The position numbers and the translations under genes were made by a program. Shown here in pieces: positions 51,264 through 62,652 of a stretch of 64,000 nt of DNA (position 1 is the stretch's first letter; each line of letters opens with the position of its first letter). The notes beneath the pieces are model-generated. The model saw only the letters and a list, made by a program, of their open reading frames with translations. It did no database searches and had not been told where the DNA came from. The DNA comes from Rhodanobacteraceae bacterium (GTDB taxonomy: Bacteria; Pseudomonadota; Gammaproteobacteria; Xanthomonadales; Rhodanobacteraceae), in NCBI GenBank assembly GCA_035281745.1, contig DATEDI010000014.1, forward strand, positions 40,587 to 104,586, given 5' to 3'.

Positions 51264-52562
51264 GTGCGTCGCTATGATGCACAGATGATCGATGTACGCG
51301 CTTCAGCACCGGATGCTGCCGCATCCGACGAATTCATCCGTCGCGGCACGCCGGCATTCCGGCGCGTGAACCTGGCGTTGTTCGCAGCCGGTTTCGCGAC
51401 GTTCGGATTGCTGTATTGCGTGCAACCGCTGTTGCCGGAATTCACGCGCGACTACGGCGTCAGCGAAGCCGTCAGCGCGTTGTCGCTTTCGCTGACCACG
51501 TTCGTGCTGGCGTTCGGCATGTTGTTCGTCGGTGCGCTTTCGGACGCCTGGGGCCGCAAACCCATCATGGTCGTGTCGACACTCGCGTCTGCGCTGCTGG
51601 TGCTGGCGTCGGCGTTGATGCCGGACTGGACCACGTTGCTGATCGTGCGCACGCTGCTGGGTTTGACGCTGAGCGGACTGCCGGCGGTGGCGATGACCTA
51701 TCTCGCCGAAGAAATGGACGTCGCCTCGATCGGACTCGGCATGGGTCTCTACATCAGCGGCAACGCGATCGGCGGGATGGCGGGCCGGCTGATCACCGGC
51801 GTGCTGACCGATTTCGCGAACTGGCGCGTGGGCGTGATCGTGGTCGCGATCATCGGCTTGGCGTGTGCGTGGATGTTCTGGCAACTGCTTCCGCCGTCGC
51901 GGCATTTCGTGGCGCAGCCGTTGAACCGGCGTGCGCTGGCCGGGCGCCTCGGCGTGGTCTTCCACGACCGTGGACTGCCGTGGCTGTTCGCGGAAGGCTT
52001 TCTGTTGCTGGGCGCGTTCGTCACTGTCTACAACTACATCGGCTACCGGTTGCTGGCGCCGCCGTACAACCTGAGCCAGGCCGTGGTCGGCGCGATCTTC
52101 ATCATTTATCTGATCGGCACCTTCAGCTCGCCGTGGGTGGGGCATCTTGCCGGCAAGTTGGGCCGACGCAAGGTGTTGTGGACGATGATGGCGTTGATGC
52201 TGATCGGCACGGCGCTTACGATATTGTCGTCGCTGTGGGCGATCGTGCTGGGCGTGATCGTGCTGACCTTCGGTTTCTTCGGCGGCCATTCCACCGTCAG
52301 CAGTTGGGTCGGTCGCCGTGCGGGCGAAGCGAAGGCGCACGCGTCGTCGCTGTACCTGTTCTGCTACTACATGGGCTCCAGCATCGCCGGTGCGCTGGGC
52401 GGCGTGTTTTACGCGTCGCACGGCTGGAACGGCATCGGGATATTCGTGGGTGCGATGGCGCTGGTCGGACTCGCGATCGCGCTGGGACTGTATCGCTTGC
52501 GGCCACTGCCGCAAAACACCGCCACGCCGCCGACCCCGATGAGCCGCGGCGCGATGGGCTGA
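51264..52562 (+). CDS. MFS transporter (YnfM-like)
   Basis: 12 predicted hydrophobic segments and the MFS motif GALSDAWGRK. Start may be ATG 51282. Confidence 0.85.
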   Translation: MRRYDAQMIDVRASAPDAAASDEFIRRGTPAFRRVNLALFAAGFATFGLLYCVQPLLPEFTRDYGVSEAVSALSLSLTTFVLAFGMLFVGALSDAWGRKPIMVVSTLASALLVLASALMPDWTTLLIVRTLLGLTLSGLPAVAMTYLAEEMDVASIGLGMGLYISGNAIGGMAGRLITGVLTDFANWRVGVIVVAIIGLACAWMFWQLLPPSRHFVAQPLNRRALAGRLGVVFHDRGLPWLFAEGFLLLGAFVTVYNYIGYRLLAPPYNLSQAVVGAIFIIYLIGTFSSPWVGHLAGKLGRRKVLWTMMALMLIGTALTILSSLWAIVLGVIVLTFGFFGGHSTVSSWVGRRAGEAKAHASSLYLFCYYMGSSIAGALGGVFYASHGWNGIGIFVGAMALVGLAIALGLYRLRPLPQNTATPPTPMSRGAMG

Positions 52563-52566
52563 CGCT

Positions 52567-54081
52567 TCACCGGCAGGCGTCGGTTCGAGGTGCAGAAAGG
52601 TCGGCGATGTGCCACGGCTTGACCGTGCCATCCGGCAGGGTCACCGCCACGATCCGGTTGCCGTCGCCTTCGGCAACCAGCAGCGTGTCGGGCGCGAGCG
52701 AGGCCACCGCGAGCGGGCGATTGAGCAGGGCCGCGACGGTGCTGACCTGGTGCGATGAAAGATCGAGTTTGCGCAGCGCGTTATTGAACGTGTCGGCGAT
52801 GTAGAGGCTGTCCGCGTTCCACGCGACGGCTTCGGCATGTTGAAGCTGCGCGTCGCTCGCTTTGCCGTTGCGCATGCCGAAGTCGAACAGGCCGCGTCCG
52901 ACGAGCGTGGTCACCTTGCCATCCGGCAGCGCGATTGCACGCACGGACGAAGATTCCGGATCCGTTTCGTACAAGGTATCACCGTGCACGCTCATGCCGC
53001 TGGGCTGCGCAAATTGCGCATTGCCGCGAGCGCCGTCACGCAGGCCTTCTTCGCCGGTGCCGGCCCATGGGCCGATCGTTGGTGCTGCAGGATCGTAACG
53101 CCAGATCTGGTGATCGCCGGCCATGGAAACGTACAGCGCGTTGCCGCTCCACGCGACATCCCACGGCGAGTTGAGCACGGCCGCGCGCGCGGAAAATTGA
53201 CCCGAGATGGCAAAGCCGCGTTGGCCATTTCCCGCCACCGTCGCAACGGTCTTGTGCGCGAGGTCGATGCGCCGGATCAGTTGGTTGTCGGTATCCGCGA
53301 CGTACAACGTGCCGTCGTGGAAGGCGAGTCCGTGCGGGCGATTGAACTGCGCGTGCGCGTAGTCGCCATCGGCGCTGCCCTCGCAGCCGGTTCCGACGAC
53401 GTCAACCAGTTTGCCGGAGTGGTCGGCCAGCACGATGCGATTGTGGCCGGTGTCGGCAATGGCGACGAGGGAGGGCGATACTGCAACGCCACCGGGCGTC
53501 GCCAGTGCGCGGGGTTTCGCGGCGATCGGTTGCAGCGGCAGTTTGGGCAACTTCGAGGCCGGCGGCGCGTTCACCAGCGCAGCTTCGACCGGGCCGGCCA
53601 ATTGCTCGTAGGACTGCTCGCCGATGAAGGTCTTTTCCACGTTGCCGGCCGGCCCCAGCAACACCAGCGTCGGCCACGCCTGCACGCCGTAGGCGTTCCA
53701 CATCTGCATGTCGGGGTCGAGCACGATCGGGTGGCGCAGATCGTAGCGCTCGATGAATGCTTCCAGGCCGTCTTTTGTTTTCGATGCCTCGAACTTGGGT
53801 GAGTCGATGCCGATCACGGCGAGCCGCGCGCCGAAGTGCTCCTCCAGCTTCTTTTCGTCCGGCAGCATGTGGATGCAGTTGATGCAGCCCGGCGTGAAGA
53901 AATCCAGCAGCACCGCGCGGCCTTTCAAATCGTCCAGCGTCAACGGCCGCGCAACGTTGAACCATGTCAGGCCCGCCGGAAAGTCGGCCGCGTGCCCCGC
54001 GTACGCGCGCGGCAATCCCATGGTCAACACTCCGCCGGCCACGACGATCGCGGCGAGCAACACAAGCAGGATGCGCTTCAT
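52567..54081 (-). CDS. thioredoxin-like (TlpA/CxxC) domain protein fused to NHL repeats
   Basis: Signal peptide, the motif FFTPGCINC, and a C-terminal repeated NHL-like beta-propeller sequence. Confidence 0.8.
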   Translation of the reverse strand: MKRILLVLLAAIVVAGGVLTMGLPRAYAGHAADFPAGLTWFNVARPLTLDDLKGRAVLLDFFTPGCINCIHMLPDEKKLEEHFGARLAVIGIDSPKFEASKTKDGLEAFIERYDLRHPIVLDPDMQMWNAYGVQAWPTLVLLGPAGNVEKTFIGEQSYEQLAGPVEAALVNAPPASKLPKLPLQPIAAKPRALATPGGVAVSPSLVAIADTGHNRIVLADHSGKLVDVVGTGCEGSADGDYAHAQFNRPHGLAFHDGTLYVADTDNQLIRRIDLAHKTVATVAGNGQRGFAISGQFSARAAVLNSPWDVAWSGNALYVSMAGDHQIWRYDPAAPTIGPWAGTGEEGLRDGARGNAQFAQPSGMSVHGDTLYETDPESSSVRAIALPDGKVTTLVGRGLFDFGMRNGKASDAQLQHAEAVAWNADSLYIADTFNNALRKLDLSSHQVSTVAALLNRPLAVASLAPDTLLVAEGDGNRIVAVTLPDGTVKPWHIADLSAPRTDACR

Positions 54082-54102
54082 CGAATGGATCCGATCGAAT
54101 GT

Positions 54103-54780
54103 TCAGCGATGACGTGTCAATGCGTATACCGCGGTATGCAGGGCCGTCACGCCCTTTTCCGCGAACGACGGTTGCGAAGCCAGGATGTCGCGGCGCTCAA
54201 CTTGCCGGATGTCCCACTGTGAATCGAACAGCCGGTGCACTTCGGCTTCATCGACGCTGAAGGGCGGCCCTTCCATTTCGCCCGCCGGGTAATCCAGCGT
54301 GATCAAGAGACCACGCGCACCGGCCGGAAGTTTCGCGTAAACCTCGCGCGCGAGGCGATCGCGCATCGGTGCGGGAAAGGCGATCAGCGCGGCGCGGTCG
54401 TAGAACGCGCCGCATCCTTCCGGCAGGCCGGCGGCGACACCGAAGACGTCACCATTGATGATTTCGATGCTGCCCCCCGCGGCTGCCTCGGCGATCCGGT
54501 AGTGCGTGCCGTCCGCGGCTTCACTCTTGCGTGCCTGCAGATGGTTCTCCGCAAGAAATGCTTCGATTGCCACGGGCGAGATTTCGACCCCCAGCACGTG
54601 CAGCCCTTGCCGCGCGAGCCACAACATGTCCAGCGACTTGCCGCACAGCGGTACCAGCACGCGTGTGCCGGGCGCGGCGCCGGCTTCGCTCCAATGCTTT
54701 TCCAGCAACGGCATCACCGATTCGTGGTGCCATCCCGTGCGGCCTTCCTCCCAGCGTTGCAACCAATACTCGGCGTTCAT
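54103..54780 (-). CDS. tpm: thiopurine S-methyltransferase
   Basis: YWLQRWEEGRTGWH and VLVPLCGKSLDMLWLA SAM-MTase motifs. Start ATG 54780; the longer ORF to 55170 overlaps the VOC gene. Confidence 0.85.
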   Translation of the reverse strand: MNAEYWLQRWEEGRTGWHHESVMPLLEKHWSEAGAAPGTRVLVPLCGKSLDMLWLARQGLHVLGVEISPVAIEAFLAENHLQARKSEAADGTHYRIAEAAAGGSIEIINGDVFGVAAGLPEGCGAFYDRAALIAFPAPMRDRLAREVYAKLPAGARGLLITLDYPAGEMEGPPFSVDEAEVHRLFDSQWDIRQVERRDILASQPSFAEKGVTALHTAVYALTRHR

Positions 54781-54805
54781 GTTTCCGTTCCAAAAAGAGG
54801 CGTTG

Positions 54806-55174
54806 TCAAACCCCGGGTTCGTGGCAAACCACTTCGATGTTGTGTCCGTCCGGGCCGATTGCGAAAGCGGCATAGTATTTTCCGCTGTAATTCGGGCGCA
54901 GGCCGGGCGCACCATTGTCCTGGCCGCCCGCTGCCAGCGCCGCGCGATGGAACGCCTCGACCTGCCGGCGGTTCCCGGCCCTGAACGCCAGGTGGAGATG
55001 CGCGGGCTGTTCGTCGGTCGGGAACAGACACAACGACGATTGGCCGTCCGCGCTGAGCTCGATTCCGAGCGGCCCCTCCGAAACGATGGCCATGCCGATC
55101 GGTTCCAGCGCCTTGAGAAAAAACGCTTTGCTCGCTGCGTAATCGCTGACGCCGAATACCACGTGATCAAACAT
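54806..55174 (-). CDS. VOC-family (glyoxalase/bleomycin-resistance fold) protein
   Basis: 122 aa, MFDHVVFGVSD ... DGHNIEVV. Confidence 0.85.
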   Translation of the reverse strand: MFDHVVFGVSDYAASKAFFLKALEPIGMAIVSEGPLGIELSADGQSSLCLFPTDEQPAHLHLAFRAGNRRQVEAFHRAALAAGGQDNGAPGLRPNYSGKYYAAFAIGPDGHNIEVVCHEPGV

Positions 55175-55211
55175 GGGTTCTCCTGATGCGTGTGGGGTTG
55201 CGTGAGGTCGC

Positions 55212-55925
55212 TCAGCTCTTAAGCAATCGCACTTTGCCCGTGGCGAGCTCGTATTCCGCGCCGACCACGTGCACGCGGCCGCCCTTCACCGCGTCGGCAA
55301 TGATTGGCTGCGCCGAAGCGACGCGCGAGACGTTGTAGCCGACGTTTGCGTCGATCGCGCGTTCGAGCAAATCGTCGCCGCCGCCTTTCACCAGGTTCTC
55401 GATGCCGGGCCGCACCGCGTCGGTGATGTCCCAGATGTGGCCGGGCAGCGGTTTCGGATCCTGGATTTCCTGGATGGCCGCCTTGATTGCGCCGCAGTTG
55501 CTGTGGCCGAGCACCATCACCAGCGGCGTGCCGAGTACGCCCACGCCGTATTCCATGCTGGACAGTGCATCGTGGTTGAGATAATTGCCGGCGATGCGCA
55601 CCACGAACAGGTCGCCCGGCGCCTGGTCGAACATCAGTTCCGGCGCAACCCGCGAATCGGCGCAGCTCAGGATCGAAGCGATCGGATATTGCGCCTTCGC
55701 CCGCGCCGCGCGGCCCACCGAGAAATCCTTGGCGTCGAGCTTGCCCGCCGCGTAGCGCGCATTGCCGGCCATCAAGCGGTCCAGCGCGGCTTGCGGCGTG
55801 ATGGCGTTCTGTGCAGGTGCATTGGCCCATGCGCGGCGCAGTGGTGCGGCGATGGAAAGCGCGACGATGCCGAGGCCGGCATGTTGCAGGAAACGGCGGC
55901 GGGAATTGCGGTCGGTTGCATGCAT
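55212..55925 (-). CDS. beta-class carbonic anhydrase with a Tat signal
   Basis: Twin-arginine SRRRFLQ and zinc ligands SCADSRV and HSNCGA. Confidence 0.85.
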   Translation of the reverse strand: MHATDRNSRRRFLQHAGLGIVALSIAAPLRRAWANAPAQNAITPQAALDRLMAGNARYAAGKLDAKDFSVGRAARAKAQYPIASILSCADSRVAPELMFDQAPGDLFVVRIAGNYLNHDALSSMEYGVGVLGTPLVMVLGHSNCGAIKAAIQEIQDPKPLPGHIWDITDAVRPGIENLVKGGGDDLLERAIDANVGYNVSRVASAQPIIADAVKGGRVHVVGAEYELATGKVRLLKS

Positions 55926-56072
55926 CGCACTTGCCCCTTGTCGAGTGGAGTGGATGAAAGCGTCTCTCTAACCAGCGCGGCGATTCTACGCCAGTGCGTG
56001 GATGGCCGTGGCGGACGTGCGGGCAACGCCGATCGGCCGCATAATCGGGGTCTCTTTCTGGCTGGAACATCC

Positions 56073-57743
<1,671 letters not shown>

Positions 57744-57785
57744 TTTTTGCCCATCGCTTCGATGCATTGCGGGAAATGCGAGAAC

Positions 57786-57805
57786 GCCTTACAATCAGGT
57801 AAGGC
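57786..57805 (+). promoter_or_regulatory. candidate operator palindrome upstream of vapB
   Basis: GCCTTAC-aatcag-GTAAGGC, 21 nt upstream of the GTG start. Confidence 0.4.
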
Positions 57806-57825
57806 ATTTTTGCGAGGTTCTTGCC

Positions 57826-58074
57826 GTGACTACCGCAACCATTACATCCAAGGGGCAGATCACGATTCCGGCCGTGGTTCGCAGCGGCATGGGCGTCGAT
57901 ACCGGCGACCGTGTGGAGTTCATCGAAATTGAACCCGGCCGCTATGAAATGGTGGCCGCGACGCTACCCGTCACCGCGCTAAAAGGCTTGATCCCGAAGC
58001 CACGCAAGCCCGTCAGTGTCGAAACAATGAACGCAGCGATTCGTGCGCGTGCCACCAAGGCAGGCCGGGAGTGA
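57826..58074 (+). CDS. vapB: AbrB/MazE/SpoVT-family antitoxin (VapB-like)
   Basis: The motif ITSKGQITIPAVVR. GTG start with GAGG upstream. Its stop overlaps the vapC start. Confidence 0.8.
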   Translation: MTTATITSKGQITIPAVVRSGMGVDTGDRVEFIEIEPGRYEMVAATLPVTALKGLIPKPRKPVSVETMNAAIRARATKAGRE

Positions 58075-58466
58075 TTGGTCTGGATACCAACGTGCTGGTG
58101 CGCTATTTGGCACAGGACGACCCGAAGCAGGCCGCGCTCGCCACCAAACTGATCGAATCGTTGACGACGGACGAACCCGGGTTCATCTCGCACGTGGTGC
58201 TGGCCGAAACCCTGTGGGTGTTGGAGTCCTGCTACGCCGCCGATAAGGCCCGCGTGCAGCAGGTTGTGGATGCCGTGCTGCGCACCAGCTGCATTGTCGT
58301 CGAACGTGCCGAAAGTGTCTGGCGAGCCCTCCGACAGTTCAAGCAAAACGACGGAGAATTCGCCGATACCTTGATCGCGGTATCGGCGGCCGATGCCGGC
58401 TGCCGGGCCACCTACACGTTCGACAAGGGTGCGGCCAAACGATCCGGCATGACGCTGCTGGCATGA
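58071..58466 (+). CDS. vapC: PIN-domain toxin VapC
   Basis: GLDTNVLVRYL with conserved acidic residues; 131 aa; GTGA overlap with vapB. Confidence 0.85.
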   Translation: MIGLDTNVLVRYLAQDDPKQAALATKLIESLTTDEPGFISHVVLAETLWVLESCYAADKARVQQVVDAVLRTSCIVVERAESVWRALRQFKQNDGEFADTLIAVSAADAGCRATYTFDKGAAKRSGMTLLA

Positions 58467-58513
58467 GGGCGTCATTTCGGCGTGGCTTGCCGAGCCTGCA
58501 GAGGAGGCTTTGT

Positions 58514-58639
58514 ATGCTCAATGAAAAACTGAAACAACGCATGCTGCGCGATCGTCCCGTTACCAGCATCACGCTGCGCATCCCCGTGGACGTGGTGGAC
58601 AGCCTGAAAGCCGATCACCAAGTGGGCCAACGAGGATGA
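58514..58639 (+). pseudogene. 5' fragment of a CopG/BrnA-like antitoxin gene
   Basis: GAGGAGG RBS then MLNEKLKQRMLRDRPVTSITLRIPVDVVDSLKA. Similarity stops there and the frame ends after 8 unrelated codons. Family assignment by recollection. Confidence 0.5.
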
Positions 58640-59201
58640 GGCATTCCTCGACGTGGTGCAGAAAATTCGGGCAGCGCTACCGGCAAGTCACCGCCACGAG
58701 GTCGGAAGTTCCCGAAGCGGTTCTGGCACCACGGGACCAGTCATGGTCCAGTCGGGTCCGCGCTCCAGCAATCTGCGCCTGCGCAAGACCTTCACCGACG
58801 CCGATCGCGATCGCTTTCTGGACGAAGCTTTCGCCTACACGGCGCGTCTCTTCGAAAATTCGCTCGCCGAATTGGGCAAACGCAATCGGAACGTCGAGGG
58901 CCGCTTCAGGCAACTGGACGGAACCCGCTTCACCGCGGTGATCTACGAATCCGGTGCCACGCGGGCGCAGTGCACGATCAGCCTCGGTGGCTCCTTTGGG
59001 CGTGGCATCAGCTATTCGAACGCCGTCGGCGGTTCAGGCAACAGCTACAACGAGATGCTTACGGTCGAACACGACGAACAACATCTGTATCTGAAGGCAA
59101 TGGGCATGTGGATGATGGGCAGCGAGCGCAATGCGCAACTCAGCGCCGAAGGCGCTGCGGAGTACTTCTGGTTTATGTTGATCGAACCGCTGCAACAGTA
59201 G
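58608..59201 (+). pseudogene. 3' remnant of a TIR-domain protein gene (TIR domain deleted, C-terminal domain retained)
   Basis: The frame opens after the stop at 58605-58607 and reads KPITKWANEDEAFLDVVQKIRAAL, like the extreme C-terminal end of bacterial TIR domains (recollection). A ~165-aa C-terminal domain follows. No TIR core or credible start. Confidence 0.5.
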
Positions 59202-59280
59202 GCGAAGGGCGTGGACCTTCTCAGGTTATGAGAATCCAATGAACTAGGGTCCCGGTTCTCTTCAGAACAAAGGGCCGGCA

Positions 59281-59586
59281 ATGAACATCGTGAAAATTGG
59301 ATCGCAGGAGCGTTCACTGAATGATGCGGGTCCTCATTGGATCGAGCAGCGAATCAACGGTCTCAGGCGCGACGGGGAGGCGGTCACCGTTGTGGTAAGA
59401 ATTCAGGTCGGGGACGGCGATCTTTGCTTCGTGGCGCCCCCATCTGGCGGCGGTGCTCCAAGGCAATACTCGACAGCGCAGCGTGCAATCATTGCCCTGT
59501 GGAGCAAGTGCGGGATGAACACCGTGAGGTTCTCTCCTGGCGACTTGATCTCGTTCCTGAAGCAGTTACCGCACTATCTGCCGTAG
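59281..59586 (+). CDS. orphan hypothetical protein (101 aa)
   Basis: ATG-initiated ORF in a locally lower-GC patch. No recognised domain and a weak RBS. Confidence 0.4.
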   Translation: MNIVKIGSQERSLNDAGPHWIEQRINGLRRDGEAVTVVVRIQVGDGDLCFVAPPSGGGAPRQYSTAQRAIIALWSKCGMNTVRFSPGDLISFLKQLPHYLP

Positions 59587-59874
59587 GGCGAATGTTGGGG
59601 TGAGCATTCAAGGGCGTTCACTGCCTTCGTTGCATTTGTGCTGCCACTTCGGCGTTGATGGGATCATTTTCCGCAGTTTGGCGGCAGGATCAGGCCGCGC
59701 ATCACGAACACGTAGGAGTCGTCCCGGACAAAAAGGGACGAAGGTGATTGCAAGTGGACGGGCGATTGCGGTGTTCTCATGTGGCGCCAAGCACCTGCAA
59801 GGAGCCGTCCGCTGGCGGTCCTCTCTGGAGGGTGGTATTGTCTGCATCGCAAATGCAACGCATGAGGTCTCCGC

Positions 59875-60159
59875 ATGAAAACCGCAACCCTGCCGTCGCT
59901 GCGCGTTGAGCCCAAACTGCGCAAAGCGGCCGAATCCGTTCTGCGCGAGGGCGAAAGCCTGTCCAGCTTCATGGAGCAATCCCTGCGCGATGAGGTGAAC
60001 CGTCGCCGGATGCAGGCCGAATTCATCGCGCGCGGTTTGGCTGCACGTGATGAAGCCAGGCGCACAGGCGTGTACCACGAAGCCGATACCGTACACGGCG
60101 AATTGCGCGACATGCTCGCCAAGGCCAAAGCCAAAGCCAAAGCGAAGCCCAAGGCGTGA
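59875..60159 (+). CDS. ribbon-helix-helix type antitoxin (ParD/YlcI-like) with an (AK)n tail
   Basis: MKTATLPSLRVEPKLRKAAESVLREGESLSSFMEQSL. Its stop overlaps the toxin GTG. Confidence 0.65.
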   Translation: MKTATLPSLRVEPKLRKAAESVLREGESLSSFMEQSLRDEVNRRRMQAEFIARGLAARDEARRTGVYHEADTVHGELRDMLAKAKAKAKAKPKA

Positions 60160-60455
60160 GCTGGCGCGTCCGCTATACACCCGCGGCGCGCGACGATCTC
60201 AAGCGGCTGTACGCCTTTCTGCTGGATCAGGACATGGGTGCGGCTCAGCGCGCATTGGCGGCGATCGTCAAGGGCGAGGAACTGCTGCGGTGGTCGCCTT
60301 ACAGTTGCCGCAAGGTCGAACCGGACAATCCCTTGCTGCGTGAACTTCTGGTGTCGTTTGGCAACGCGGGCTATGTGCTTCTGTACGAGATCGAGGATGA
60401 CGCCACCATTACCATTCTCGCCGTGCGCCACCAGCGCGAAGACGACTATCACTGA
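60156..60455 (+). CDS. ParE/RelE-family toxin
   Basis: RYTPAARDDLKRLYAFL ... ILAVRHQRE; 99 aa. Confidence 0.8.
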   Translation: MSWRVRYTPAARDDLKRLYAFLLDQDMGAAQRALAAIVKGEELLRWSPYSCRKVEPDNPLLRELLVSFGNAGYVLLYEIEDDATITILAVRHQREDDYH

Positions 60456-60555
60456 AGAACAGAAAAAGGGGACGCGAAAAGGGGAGAAACCGGGTCAGAG
60501 TGCACTTTTCGAAGTCGGTTTTTGGGGTCGACTGGTTTTGCGCTGACACTCGTGC

Positions 60556-61296
60556 TCAGCCTTGCAACCAGCGCATGGCCGCGTCGCGCTGGTCGTAATC
60601 GAATTTGCGGACCTTGGCCAGCATCAACGGATCAAGTACGTGGTCGGCGAACGTGCCCATCGGGCTGTTGGTCACCAGGGCGATCTTGCCGATCTTGTCA
60701 TGCACGACGTTGACGAACTTCAGGTGTGCGAACAGGGCGCCGACGCTCTGCCAGCCTGGAAATTGCCGGCTGTGTACCAGGATGCCGCGAAGTCGGTCAT
60801 GATCCTTGAGGTAGTTGCCGATCGTCTTGCCGACGGCCTCGAAATCGTCTTCGCTCAGCGCCATGTCGGCGACGGGCTCCAGCACCAGGACGCCGGCGTC
60901 GCCATCCAGCGTGATGTTGATGCGCGCGCGATCGAGCTCGCAGACCCACTCCCTGGAAACCTCGTAATCGGCACTGCTGAAGTGCCGTAGTTCGCCGGGC
61001 GAGAACAGCCGGAACAGCTTGATGGCGTTCTCCATCCATTTGATGTCGGTGACGACGGCCATGCGCGCCCAGTGGCCGATCTTTCCCAGTCCCAGCCGCA
61101 GGTCCTGCCACATGGCGCCGGCCTCCATGCCTTTCCATTCGCCTTCGATGCAGCACAGCAAGTCGAGCTTCTGGTGGTTTTCCAGCTTCTCGTTGACCAG
61201 CGGGATGAGCTGCGTCTCGTAATCCTCCGCGCGCAGCTTGTCGGTGATCCTGATGCCGATCACGTGGTCCGGAAGTCCTTCGATGATGGTCAACAT
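60556..61296 (-). CDS. tandem SpoIIAA-like STAS/SEC14 (DUF3478-type) domain protein
   Basis: Two repeats of the IEGLPDHVIG...W(M/L) pattern; 246 aa. Confidence 0.7.
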   Translation of the reverse strand: MLTIIEGLPDHVIGIRITDKLRAEDYETQLIPLVNEKLENHQKLDLLCCIEGEWKGMEAGAMWQDLRLGLGKIGHWARMAVVTDIKWMENAIKLFRLFSPGELRHFSSADYEVSREWVCELDRARINITLDGDAGVLVLEPVADMALSEDDFEAVGKTIGNYLKDHDRLRGILVHSRQFPGWQSVGALFAHLKFVNVVHDKIGKIALVTNSPMGTFADHVLDPLMLAKVRKFDYDQRDAAMRWLQG

Positions 61297-61341
61297 GGTG
61301 TTATCCCTCTTTCGGAGTGCATCTCTGCAGCCGTCGCCCCG

Positions 61342-62457
61342 TCACTGCCGCATGCAGCGCTGGTAGCGAGTGTCGACGCGCGTGGCAAACCACGCCGTGG
61401 TCAGTTTGCGGGTGATCTTGGGGCTGTCCAGTCGGATGGACGGAACCATGGCGCGAGGCACCGGCTTGCCTGCGCGCGCGTCCGCCAATGCATAGGTGTG
61501 GGTATAAAGCGGAGTCTCGTCAAAGTCCAGGCGGTCGCTGCGTTGCAGCGCGTTGCGGATGGCGCGGTCATCCATGCCAAGGTCATTGGCCATGGCGCGC
61601 ACGGCGCGTTCGGTTTCTCCGGGACGGTCCAACGGCGCGCCTGGGTTGAGCAGGTCTCCGTCCAGCGCCAGCGGGATGCCCGTGACGATGCTGACGGCGT
61701 TCTGGAACGCGGCATTGCGGCTCGAGTATCGGCCGGCGTTGTAGTCGGCGAAGCGATATATCTTGCGCGTGTAGGGAGTCTCGTAATCCAGCAGGCGCAT
61801 GATGCCGAAGTACAACCCGCCGCGGCGGGTGAATACTTCGTCGCGGACGCTGCTCGCGATCGGATACGGGTAGTCGCCGGCATTGGCTTCGGCGAACGTG
61901 ATGTTGACCTGCATCGGTCCGCCGGTTTCCACCGGATTGAAGTCCGCGAAGAGACGCTTCCCCAACGGCACGCTGGCGATCAGGTCTTCGTAGATGCGGC
62001 TCAGCTCGCGCTCGGTGCGTACGTCCCGCAGGCGGTCGCTGTACGAACGGCCGTTCGGCGAATGGATTTGCAGTGCCGTATCGACCAGAAGTCTCGGTAT
62101 GTGGTGCGCGGCGGCGCGCCGGTCGATCTCATCGCGTGCAATGCGCGGCAAATTGGGTACGCTCGGGTCGGCGTGGTAGCCGGATTCCTGCGCGATCACC
62201 GCCAGTACCGCGCAGATGTTTTCGGGATTCGGGTCGATGCGTTCGGTGCTGAATGCCGTCTGGATGTCGGTGGCCCAACCGGTACGATCCGGCGCATCGA
62301 CTGGCAGGCGACGCAAAATCTCCGCGCGTATCTGTGACGGCGGTAGCCGTGAAGTCGGCGGAGTGGACACCGTGGCGCACGCAGCCAGCAGCAGCGGCAG
62401 GCACCACGCGGGAGCCGTGAGCACGCGGGAGCGAAGTGCCGACATCGGGTGTGTCAT
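61342..62457 (-). CDS. DUF1615-family lipoprotein
   Basis: Lipobox LLAAC and the conserved GGPMQV and FADYNAG motifs (recollection). Confidence 0.75.
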   Translation of the reverse strand: MTHPMSALRSRVLTAPAWCLPLLLAACATVSTPPTSRLPPSQIRAEILRRLPVDAPDRTGWATDIQTAFSTERIDPNPENICAVLAVIAQESGYHADPSVPNLPRIARDEIDRRAAAHHIPRLLVDTALQIHSPNGRSYSDRLRDVRTERELSRIYEDLIASVPLGKRLFADFNPVETGGPMQVNITFAEANAGDYPYPIASSVRDEVFTRRGGLYFGIMRLLDYETPYTRKIYRFADYNAGRYSSRNAAFQNAVSIVTGIPLALDGDLLNPGAPLDRPGETERAVRAMANDLGMDDRAIRNALQRSDRLDFDETPLYTHTYALADARAGKPVPRAMVPSIRLDSPKITRKLTTAWFATRVDTRYQRCMRQ

Positions 62458-62652
62458 GCGCGCAGGATACTGAAACTGTCAACGAGAACTGCAACGCACG
62501 CGGGGTCCCGCAAAAGGGGACCGAGGTAATCAAGCACAAACGCGATTACCATCGGGTCTTCACCGCGCACGCCATTGCAACCAGCTCATCACAACTCGGC
62601 GTCGGCGTTTAACGTTGAGTCCGTCAAATAGCGATATGCAGCGGAACCACGA

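Noticed and set aside
54781-55170. The N-terminal 130 codons of the 355-aa ORF 54103..55170.
   Set aside because: They overlap the VOC-family gene (54806..55174) in another frame and have no similarity to anything. The thiopurine methyltransferase homology starts at ATG 54780.
59628-59860. An inverted repeat CGTTGCATTTG / CAAATGCAACG (11 nt perfect, 15/19 extended) flanking a ~210-nt segment, as a possible invertible or MITE-like element.
   Set aside because: A rough estimate gives a few 11-nt inverted repeats within 250 nt by chance in 64 kb. No recombinase or target duplication is present. The right arm is more simply part of the antitoxin operator palindrome.
60115-60150. A (GCCAAA)n-like hexanucleotide run encoding the AKAKAKAKAKPKA tail of the ParD-like antitoxin, as a phase-variation tract.
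   Set aside because: The repeat unit is a multiple of three, so slippage would not switch the frame, and there are only ~3-4 imperfect units.
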